DNA of 32,000 nt from a bacterium. Its GTDB lineage: Bacteria > UBP7 > UBA6624. The stretch spans positions 1 to 32,000 of the forward strand of contig PBAU01000011.1 of assembly GCA_002716355.1 (NCBI GenBank). The letters run 5' to 3'. Shown here piece after piece: positions 8,199-15,482 of this stretch. The position numbers and the translations under genes were made by a program. Position 1 is the stretch's first letter; every line of letters starts with the position of its first letter. The notes beneath the pieces are model-generated. The model was not told the DNA's origin. It did not search any database and worked only from the letters and a program-made list of their open reading frames with translations.

Positions 8199-9421
8199 AA
8201 ATGACTAATTTTATTAAAAATATATTTCAGAATTTAGAAAAAATTAAAGAGGCTGGAACCTGGAAGGATGAAAGAGTTTTAGAGGGAAGGCAAGGGACCA
8301 CAATTACTGTTCAAGGTAAAAAAGTTTTAAATTTTTGTGCAAATAATTATTTAGGTCTTGCAAATCATCCTAAAGTTATAGATGCAGCCAAAAAAGCTAT
8401 AGATGAATGGGGTTACGGTATGTCTAGCGTGAGGTTTATTTGTGGAACACAGGATATTCATATCGAACTTGAAAAACGGATTTCGAATTTTTTAGGGATG
8501 CAAGATTCAATCCTGTATGTTGCATGTTTTGACGCAAATGGCGGAGTTTTTGAACCTTTACTGGGCAAGGATGATGCTATTGTTACAGCATCATTAAATC
8601 ATGCTTCTATTATTGATGGGATTAGATTATGCAAGGCCAAAAGATATATTTATGCTCATGATGATTTAAACAATCTTGAAGATAATTTGAAAAAAGCCCG
8701 TGTCGATGGAGCAAAAAATATTTTAGTAGCTACCGACGGGGTCTTTTCTATGGATGGTGATATTGCCAAAATTGATGAAATTTTAAATTTAACAAAATCT
8801 TATGATGGAATTTTGATGGTTGATGATAGCCATGCGACTGGTTTCGTTGGAGCCAATGGAAGAGGTACTCCTGAGTTTTGTGGTGTTCATGGGAAGGTTG
8901 ATATCATATCTTCAACATTAGGTAAAGCTTTAGGTGGAGCCAATGGCGGTTTCATTAGTGCTAAAAGAGAGGTTACTTCAATATTGAGACAAAAAAGTAG
9001 ACCATATTTATTTAGCAACACTGTTGCTCCTGTTGTTGCAGCAACATCAATTTCTGTTTTGGATATTTTAGAAAGCAAAAATTCTCCATTGGAGCAGTTA
9101 ACTAAAAATACTGAGCGCTTTCGTGCAGGCATTCAGAAAACCGGTTTGATCATCAAGGAAGGTTCTCATCCAATTGTGCCAGTTATGCTTTACAACGCAA
9201 GGTTGGCAAATGTATTTGCTGAGAGATTGTTGGATCTAGGCGTGTATGTTATTGGCTTTTCTTTTCCTGTTGTTCCTGAACATCAAGCAAGAATAAGAGT
9301 TCAAATATCAGCTGCTCATTCATCTGTCGAGATTGACAAGGCTGTTCAAAGTTTTGAAAAAGTTGCGAGTGATTTAGGAATACTTGGCAAGAGCAAGGAT
9401 TTTTTAGTAAATTGGAAGTAA
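8195..9421 (+). CDS. kbl: 2-amino-3-ketobutyrate CoA ligase (glycine C-acetyltransferase)
   Basis: Long near-identical blocks to E. coli Kbl as recalled: NFCANNYLGLANHP, SVRFICGTQDIH, CFDANGG, ALNHASIIDGIRLCKAKRY, ATDGVFSMDGDIA, VDDSHATGFVG, the PLP-Lys motif STLGKALGGA, and RPYLFSN. Confidence 0.92.
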   Translation: MKMTNFIKNIFQNLEKIKEAGTWKDERVLEGRQGTTITVQGKKVLNFCANNYLGLANHPKVIDAAKKAIDEWGYGMSSVRFICGTQDIHIELEKRISNFLGMQDSILYVACFDANGGVFEPLLGKDDAIVTASLNHASIIDGIRLCKAKRYIYAHDDLNNLEDNLKKARVDGAKNILVATDGVFSMDGDIAKIDEILNLTKSYDGILMVDDSHATGFVGANGRGTPEFCGVHGKVDIISSTLGKALGGANGGFISAKREVTSILRQKSRPYLFSNTVAPVVAATSISVLDILESKNSPLEQLTKNTERFRAGIQKTGLIIKEGSHPIVPVMLYNARLANVFAERLLDLGVYVIGFSFPVVPEHQARIRVQISAAHSSVEIDKAVQSFEKVASDLGILGKSKDFLVNWK

Positions 9422-9430
9422 TTTTTAAGC

Positions 9431-10300
9431 ATGAAAATTATTAATTATTTTTTATTTTTTATTTTTTGTTTCGGCTCCTGTGTTAATTCACAGGGTTTAG
9501 AAAGTAAAAAAAAGATTTTAGTTACACATGAAATGATTAAAGATTTTATTTTCTGGATTGCTGGTGACGAGTACGAGGTTATCTCTATTTATGATGAAAA
9601 CCAGGATCCTTTTCGTGATGCTCCAGTTCAAATTGAGGAAAAGGACTTCATTTCTTTTTTCACAATGTGTCAAAAATGGGAAAAGAAGGCAGTTAGGGTC
9701 GCTAGTGATAAAAGGCCAAAATCTTTTATCACAATGAAGGATCCAAGAGTTGATATAGATTGCAGTTCAGGCTCCCCATGGCTGCATGGAGCTTACTTAA
9801 CTGAATACCTTTATGAAACAGCATCATCATTAGCGCAAATCAACCCTTTTAAAACAGAAGATTATTTCAAACAAGCAGAATTCTTAAGCGAACAGCTTAA
9901 TGATTTCACGATCAATATGCGAGTTTTGAAAATGCCAGATTTGAAACTTCCAGAAGGTTTAAGGGTGGCTGTGTATTCATCTTTTGGCTATGAGTTTTTA
10001 GGGTATATGAGTACAGCTCCATATATGAAGTTTGTGACCATGCCTTCAGATCTTATGTTCCCAAGTGATTTACAAAATTTAAAAGAGGATAATTTTCCTC
10101 CAGAGTTGATTGTTTTTACAAGTTATGCTGATCAAAATGTCATCAAAATGTTTGAAGATAATGGTTTTGCTACGGTTGTTATAAACCTATTCCCTTCTGA
10201 CTTTAGGGAAGATATCACCCCTGTTCAGTTTATAGAAAAAAATTATAGAAAAGTTAGATCAGCAATGCTAGATCTTGTTGATTCTTTGCCGCCCAGCTAA
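9431..10300 (+). CDS. Lipoprotein with TroA/ZnuA-like (cluster A-I substrate-binding protein) architecture but without the canonical metal-ligand histidines
   Basis: Signal peptide plus lipobox-like FGSC. By-eye collinearity with the ZnuA/TroA pattern: KKILVTHEMIKDFIFWIAGDEYEVISIY..QDPF, SPWLH, LRVAVYSSFGYEFLGY, ELIVFTSYADQNVIKMFEDNGFATVVINLFPSD. The CDS call is solid; the family call is tentative. Confidence 0.45.
   Translation: MKIINYFLFFIFCFGSCVNSQGLESKKKILVTHEMIKDFIFWIAGDEYEVISIYDENQDPFRDAPVQIEEKDFISFFTMCQKWEKKAVRVASDKRPKSFITMKDPRVDIDCSSGSPWLHGAYLTEYLYETASSLAQINPFKTEDYFKQAEFLSEQLNDFTINMRVLKMPDLKLPEGLRVAVYSSFGYEFLGYMSTAPYMKFVTMPSDLMFPSDLQNLKEDNFPPELIVFTSYADQNVIKMFEDNGFATVVINLFPSDFREDITPVQFIEKNYRKVRSAMLDLVDSLPPS
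9447..9467 (+). repeat. Perfect tandem heptamer (ATTTTTT)x3 inside the signal-peptide coding region
   Basis: Read directly: a-tttttt a-tttttt a-tttttt followed by g at 9468. Confidence 0.9.
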
Positions 10301-10694
10301 TACAACCTTGAACAAGGGATCTAGCACTTGACTCTGAAAACAAATCAACCATATCGGCTGCAATTTTTGAACATAGTGGTGGATCCATTTTTTTTGGCCC
10401 TAAAAGCAACCAAAATCCATATCTTATAGCTGATTTTTCAGGGCTGCCTAGGTTTTTAAATTCTTTGTTTTTGGATTCAAGGCATAATGTTATGTATGTG
10501 TCAATTTGTTCAAGATTTTCTTTTATATTTTTTAATTGTTTCAATATTGTTTTTTTGTTTTTCTCCATCCCTTTTTGTTCTTCTTCCCCTGATGAAAAAA
10601 TGAGTTTTATAAAACATTCCGAGAGTTCTTGTTTTGATAAATTATGCATCATTAAAGTTTGCATGACGGATAAGTGTGTTTGATTTTTATTCAT
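10254..10694 (-). CDS. Hypothetical protein, 146 aa, predicted mostly helical; no family recognised
   Basis: ATG 10694 overlaps the stop of the upstream small ORF by 8 nt (ATGAATAA). Composition is protein-like with W/C/P present. The 3' end overlaps the convergent gene 9431-10300 by 47 nt. Confidence 0.5.
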   Translation of the reverse strand: MNKNQTHLSVMQTLMMHNLSKQELSECFIKLIFSSGEEEQKGMEKNKKTILKQLKNIKENLEQIDTYITLCLESKNKEFKNLGSPEKSAIRYGFWLLLGPKKMDPPLCSKIAADMVDLFSESSARSLVQGCISWAAKNQQDLALLI

Positions 10695-10911
10695 CTTTCA
10701 CCTTCCCCCGTAACCATTTTTGCTTAAATGATTCAGCATCCATCATTAAAAGATCATCGAGTATGGAAATCCTTCGCTTATTTGCATGATCGTTGTTGTC
10801 AGTAATGCAAACTGGAATGATCATATTTTTTTCACGATCTCTTATGTTGACAATCCATATATTTGTGTTTTTATTTTCAATCATTACTGCAAATCGCTTA
10901 GATGCATTCAT
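10687..10911 (-). CDS. Hypothetical small protein, 74 aa from ATG 10911 (98 aa if ATG 10983 is used)
   Basis: ATG 10911-10909 overlaps the UbiA-family stop TGA 10910-10908 (ATGA on the minus strand). GGTGG lies about 10 nt upstream. The longer 10983 start would overlap the UbiA tail by 76 nt and has no SD. Confidence 0.45.
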   Translation of the reverse strand: MNASKRFAVMIENKNTNIWIVNIRDREKNMIIPVCITDNNDHANKRRISILDDLLMMDAESFKQKWLRGKVKDE

Positions 10912-11816
10912 AATAGATATACCACCATGTTCAACAATTGTAGTGATGGGTAACCTTGCATCAGCACAATAATCAATAACCATAATAGTAAGTTCGTTAT
11001 TGAGCTTTTATCACCGAGTAACATTTCTTCGGGTGTTTTAACCATATCCTCTCTTTCAAGTAACAATAGATATCTGAAGAGCCCAAAAGCAACAAATGGT
11101 AATGTAACCACCAGAAAAAATAAACCTCTTTCCGGATTGTTTAAGCTGTAGAGACAATACATTAAAAGGTTCATTAAAGCTAATGATCTCGAAATTCCAA
11201 TCAGGTATTCAAGCTTATAGCTTGAGAGCACAGGCCTGAACTGGAAATTACCTTTTGCCAGTCTGAATTCAGCACATCTTTTACCAAACGAAAGCAATAG
11301 AGCCATCATAAAGCCAGCAACTACCAGCCACTCACTGATAGATATCCCTACAGCCCATGTTCCCGCCAGTATCCTTAGAAGAAAATGCAGCGAGAGAGCG
11401 ATAATTTCAACAATCGGAATGTTTTTTAAAAATTTTGAATAACAGCATGTCATTAAAAAATAGACTGAAAGAATGAAAAGCATTTCTTTTCTTATAAATT
11501 GATTTTCTAAACCTATAAAAATTACCAAACCTAAAAGCAAGAAGAAGTATAAAGATGAAAATATGGGATATCTTTTGCTTTTATGAATTGGGTTTTTTAA
11601 ATCTCTTTCTTGGTCAAGTAGATCATTTACTGCATAACCAATGGTTGAAGTGAGACAGAATAAAAGTATTCCAAAAGCAACTTCAATCAGTATTGCAGAA
11701 TTGGAAATTACCGGTTCGCCTGTGTTGACTCCTCCAAAAATTACACCAACCAACAAAAGTGAATTTTTTATCCATGATTTGTATCTAGGACCGCGCCAAG
11801 TTATGACTTTGTTCAT
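10908..11816 (-). CDS. UbiA-superfamily prenyltransferase, decaprenyl-phosphate phosphoribosyltransferase-like
   Basis: A multi-pass membrane protein. Motifs: N-terminal RGPRYKSWIKNSLLLVGVIFGG; Asp-rich AVNDLLDQERDLKNPIHKSKRYP (NDxxDxxxD followed by K-x-x-R-x-P); FGKRCAEF; C-terminal TPEEMLLGDK. As recalled, this combination is typical of Rv3806c-type enzymes rather than quinone UbiA/MenA. Confidence 0.65.
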   Translation of the reverse strand: MNKVITWRGPRYKSWIKNSLLLVGVIFGGVNTGEPVISNSAILIEVAFGILLFCLTSTIGYAVNDLLDQERDLKNPIHKSKRYPIFSSLYFFLLLGLVIFIGLENQFIRKEMLFILSVYFLMTCCYSKFLKNIPIVEIIALSLHFLLRILAGTWAVGISISEWLVVAGFMMALLLSFGKRCAEFRLAKGNFQFRPVLSSYKLEYLIGISRSLALMNLLMYCLYSLNNPERGLFFLVVTLPFVAFGLFRYLLLLEREDMVKTPEEMLLGDKSSITNLLLWLLIIVLMQGYPSLQLLNMVVYLL

Positions 11817-11867
11817 TTTTTTATTTAGAATTGAGTATACTCATAAGATTAACGTTGAATATTATAT

Positions 11868-13307
11868 TTGGAGGTAGTTTTGACTGATTATCCAACCGAT
11901 GGCATACATGATGAGCTGGAACGAGAGATTTCTTCGTACGGCGATGAAGCAGATGAAGAAAATCTTGAAACAGGTATAGATTTTGCTGTACATCAAGATT
12001 TAATACAGGAGGTTATTGATTTAAGTGCCTTAAAAGGTTATTTAACAACCGACGAGGTCCAACGTTTTATTGAGGAGAGAGATTTGGATCCAGAAACCAT
12101 TAATGGTTTATGGACAAAGCTTGAAGAAGATGGCGTCCAGGTTTTTACAGAAGAAGAATTAGCTAAAGGTTCAAAAAAGGTTAAAGACAGAAGAAGGAGG
12201 AGAGAGGAAGATCATTTCATCTCAGATACCGTTAAGTATTTTTTAAAAGAAATCAGTCATGATTACTTGTTGTCTAGAGATGAAGAGAGAAGCTTGGCTC
12301 AAGGTAAAGATGCGGGTGATGAAGATGCTGTTGAGACATTAGCTTCTAGCAATTTTAGACTCGTTGTTTCAATTGCTAGAAAATATTCCGGAAGAGGGCT
12401 TTCTTTTGTGGATCTTATACAGGAAGGTGTTTCAGGTTTAATGAGAGCCATTCAAAAATTTGACCATTCGAAAGGTTTTAAGTTTTCAACATATGCAACC
12501 TGGTGGATACGCCAAGCCATTACAAGAGCTCTAGCTGATCAAGGGAATATAGTTAGAAGACCTGTTCATATGGTTGAAACAATCAATAGGTATCGTAAGA
12601 TTGAAAGTCAGTTTGAGCAAGAACAAGGAAGAAAGCCAGACATGGAAGAAATGGCATATGCTTTAGGTTTAATCAGCCCAGATAAAGAAGAGCAGGTAAT
12701 GGACACCCTTGCGATATATAGAACTGCAGAGCAAGATTTTAAAAGTAAATTTAGACGCCCTCCTTCATGGAAAAAAGAAAGAGGGGATCTTTATGAAATA
12801 GCTCAACGTTGCAGCATACCTGTACCCCCTAGATCTGTTCATGGTGTTGGTTGGGCTCCAGAAAACAGAATGACCAAGGAAGACAGGATAGTATTGCGAG
12901 ATTTTAAAAAGAATTTAGATGAATGGGGAAGAGCTGTTGCCAGAATTTTAGAGATACAAAGATATGCTCAAGGGATTTTGTCATTGGAGTTACCGATCGG
13001 TGATGATGAAGATGCTTTATTGAAAGACTATATTGAAGATAAGAAGATTCCATTGCCTGATTATGAAGTCGGACAAGATTTTTTAAAGAGAGATTTGAAT
13101 CGAATATTGTCAAATCTTCTTGATGAAAGAGAGTATGAGGTTCTAGCTTTGCGGTATGGTTTAACCAATGCGACACCTTTAACACTGGAAGAGGTTGGGA
13201 AAAAGTTAAATGTAACTAGGGAAAGAGTCAGGCAGATTGAAAATCGAGCCATTAAAAAACTTAGAAATTCTCCTGATGCTGAAAAGTTGTCAGATTATAT
13301 TGATTAG
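11868..13307 (+). CDS. rpoD: Primary RNA polymerase sigma factor (sigma-70 / RpoD group 1) with an insertion in region 3
   Basis: Region 1.2 [18 protein letters not shown]; region 2 [55 protein letters not shown]; region 3 [21 protein letters not shown]; region 4 [40 protein letters not shown]. There is no in-frame ATG at the 5' end. The start is TTG 11868, or more likely TTG 11880, which lies 5 nt after GGAGG at 11870-11874. Confidence 0.92.
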   Translation: MEVVLTDYPTDGIHDELEREISSYGDEADEENLETGIDFAVHQDLIQEVIDLSALKGYLTTDEVQRFIEERDLDPETINGLWTKLEEDGVQVFTEEELAKGSKKVKDRRRRREEDHFISDTVKYFLKEISHDYLLSRDEERSLAQGKDAGDEDAVETLASSNFRLVVSIARKYSGRGLSFVDLIQEGVSGLMRAIQKFDHSKGFKFSTYATWWIRQAITRALADQGNIVRRPVHMVETINRYRKIESQFEQEQGRKPDMEEMAYALGLISPDKEEQVMDTLAIYRTAEQDFKSKFRRPPSWKKERGDLYEIAQRCSIPVPPRSVHGVGWAPENRMTKEDRIVLRDFKKNLDEWGRAVARILEIQRYAQGILSLELPIGDDEDALLKDYIEDKKIPLPDYEVGQDFLKRDLNRILSNLLDEREYEVLALRYGLTNATPLTLEEVGKKLNVTRERVRQIENRAIKKLRNSPDAEKLSDYID

Positions 13308-13312
13308 CTGTT

Positions 13313-13870
13313 ATGAAAATTAATGTTAATGATTTGAAGCCAGGCATGGTGATTGATTACAAAGGTCAGCATTTTAAAATCGTTTCAACGGAGCATATGA
13401 AAATGGGAAGGCAAAGTGGATTTTTGCAAGCCAAAATGAAAAATCTTAATTCTGGTTCAACTATATCTAATAGATTTAATGGTGGAGAAAAGGTTGAAAA
13501 ATGCCATTACCAAGAGTTAGAAAGTAACCTTTCCTACAAAGATGGAGAAATGTTTGTTTTTATGGATGAAGAAACATGGGAAGAGGAAAGGGTTCATTCT
13601 GATCATGCAGAACGTGTTGAATGGTTGCTAGAGGGAGAAAAGGCAGTGTTAATAAAGTTAGATGGAAAAATAATATCAATCTCTCCACCTAATCATGTTG
13701 TAAGGGAAGTTTTAGAAGCACCTCCTGCAGTAAAAGGAAATACTGCGACCGGAGCAACTAAGGAAGTTGTTCTGGAGGGTGATGTCAAAGTGCAAGCACC
13801 TTTGTTCATCAATGCTGGTGACAGAATTAAAGTTGATACTGAAAAGTACTCCTATATAGAACGTGCCTGA
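13313..13870 (+). CDS. efp: Translation elongation factor P
   Basis: 185 aa and collinear with EF-P: DLKPGMVIDYKG, the loop EHMKMGRQSGFLQAKMKNL, FMDEETWEE, PPAVKGNTATGATKEVVLEGDVKVQAPLFINAGDRIKVDT. Confidence 0.9.
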   Translation: MKINVNDLKPGMVIDYKGQHFKIVSTEHMKMGRQSGFLQAKMKNLNSGSTISNRFNGGEKVEKCHYQELESNLSYKDGEMFVFMDEETWEEERVHSDHAERVEWLLEGEKAVLIKLDGKIISISPPNHVVREVLEAPPAVKGNTATGATKEVVLEGDVKVQAPLFINAGDRIKVDTEKYSYIERA

Positions 13871-14589
13871 TGTCTTGGCTTGGTTTGGATTTCGGAAGCA
13901 CGAATTTAAAAGCAGCTTTATTTAAAAATAACACACTATATAAAAAAATAGGAAAGATTGATTTTACTGAACCCTTGCCAGATGATTTAAAGGATGAGTT
14001 TGATTCGGTATTGGTCTCATCCTCTAAGTCTGAAGGAACAACTAATGCTCTTATTGGTGGATTGCAGTTAAATAAAAAAATAATCACAGTTTCAGATATT
14101 CTTACCTCAGAAGATGTATGTGTTCATGATTATGGAGAACCTGCTTTTGGAGAGGATCGAAGGTTGTATTTTTTAGCAATGAAAAATATGATTTCTGATA
14201 ATAATTTTGGAGTTATTTCATTCGGAACAGTATGTACATTATCAGTTTGGACCAAGGATACATTTTATGGCGGTAACCTTTTTCCAGGTAGAACCTCTAT
14301 ATATAAAACACTTGGCAGGGCAACAAGCCTTCCAGAAATTGAACCCAATGTAGAGATGTCTTTTGGCAGAGGATCATCATGTGTTTCGTCAGTTAGGTCA
14401 GGCATAGATATGGGCTGGATAGCGATGATTAAAGAATTAAAATCTCTTTATGATTCTGAACTGGACAACATTACGTGGTTTGTAACTGGTGGTGATTACA
14501 ACTGCGTTGCGAATCATATTAAAGATGAATGTGTGAATGAGCCAGATTTGCTATGGAAAGGAATGGAGGCTTTGATTTCCAAGATATGA
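13870..14589 (+). CDS. coaX: Type III pantothenate kinase-like (CoaX/ASKHA fold), divergent
   Basis: Motif order matches CoaX: LGLDFGSTNLK (phosphate-1), GEDRRL (G-x-DR), GVISFGTVCTL (phosphate-2), GGNLFPGRTS, GRATSLP, FVTGGD. Length is 239 aa. The start ATG overlaps the efp stop (TGATG). Confidence 0.6.
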   Translation: MSWLGLDFGSTNLKAALFKNNTLYKKIGKIDFTEPLPDDLKDEFDSVLVSSSKSEGTTNALIGGLQLNKKIITVSDILTSEDVCVHDYGEPAFGEDRRLYFLAMKNMISDNNFGVISFGTVCTLSVWTKDTFYGGNLFPGRTSIYKTLGRATSLPEIEPNVEMSFGRGSSCVSSVRSGIDMGWIAMIKELKSLYDSELDNITWFVTGGDYNCVANHIKDECVNEPDLLWKGMEALISKI

Positions 14590-15482
14590 AAAAGATTGTT
14601 TCAGTTTCATTAGGTTCATCCTCCAGAGATCATTCTGTTGTAGTTAATTTCAACAATCAAGATTGGAAAATTTCCAGGATTGGATGTGATGGTGATTTAG
14701 CTGCATGCAGGCAAAGGTATCTTGAAATGGACAATAAGGTCGATGCTTTTGGAATGGGAGGGATAGATAGATGGTTATGGATTGGCGATAGAAGGTATCA
14801 ATTTAATGATGCTGCAAAGCTTGTTGCTGGTTTGAAAACTTTTATTGCGGATGGGTCGGGATTGAAGCACTATATCGAATCTGAACTAGTCACGAATTTG
14901 CTGAATGAGAAAAAAATATTAAAAAGCACTGATAAGGTTTTAATGGTTTCAGGTTTAGACAGATGGGGGATGGCTAAAGCTTTTCATGACGGTGGGTGTG
15001 ATGTTCTTTATGGTGATTTAATTTTCGGATTAGATTTACCGATAGGTATTAATCATTTAGAAAAATTAGCAAGAGTTGGCAGGACGATTCTTCCAATAGT
15101 CACAAAATTGCCATTTAAATGGTTGTACCCAACTGGAGAAAAACAAGAAGAAAATACAGGGAAGGCTTCACGATGGTTTGAAGGAAGGGATGTTATTGCA
15201 GGTGATTTTCATTACATAAAAAGAAACATCCCAAATGACCTAACAGGAAAAACAATTGTTACAAACACAACAACAGAGGAAGATGTAAAAATGTTAAAGA
15301 GCAAAGGCTTGAAGTGGTTGGTTACAACAACACCGCGTTTAGAGGGTAGAAGCTTTGGGACTAATGTGATAGAAGCCTTTTTCTTTGGGGTTAAAGAAAG
15401 TAACAAGTTATCACAGAATGATTACAAGACTTTATCTAAAGAATTGGATTTTTCAGGAAATATTGAGAGGTTGAACAAGTGA
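14586..15482 (+). CDS. Conserved hypothetical protein. I recall similar N-termini (MKK-VS-SLGSS-RDH) being auto-annotated as quinate 5-dehydrogenase; the function is unverified
   Basis: ATG 14586 overlaps the coaX-like stop (ATGA), so the ORF-track start 14553 is probably too long. Protein-like composition with GMGGIDRW and ADGSGLKHY motifs. The stop overlaps the lysS GTG (GTGA). Confidence 0.6.
   Translation: MKKIVSVSLGSSSRDHSVVVNFNNQDWKISRIGCDGDLAACRQRYLEMDNKVDAFGMGGIDRWLWIGDRRYQFNDAAKLVAGLKTFIADGSGLKHYIESELVTNLLNEKKILKSTDKVLMVSGLDRWGMAKAFHDGGCDVLYGDLIFGLDLPIGINHLEKLARVGRTILPIVTKLPFKWLYPTGEKQEENTGKASRWFEGRDVIAGDFHYIKRNIPNDLTGKTIVTNTTTEEDVKMLKSKGLKWLVTTTPRLEGRSFGTNVIEAFFFGVKESNKLSQNDYKTLSKELDFSGNIERLNK

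Noticed and set aside
10254-10983. The two small ORFs as a toxin-antitoxin pair.
   Set aside because: They have no recognisable toxin or antitoxin motifs (no PIN, RelE, HTH or RHH signatures by eye). The sizes and order are atypical, and they are coupled to an upstream enzyme gene rather than forming an autonomous module. The idea is not excluded, only unsupported.
12687-12944. The sigma-factor insertion as an intein or mobile insertion.
   Set aside because: At about 85 aa it is too short for an intein. It lacks the N-terminal Cys/Ser and C-terminal His-Asn plus nucleophile boundaries. It has no flanking repeats, and its codon composition looks like the rest of the gene.
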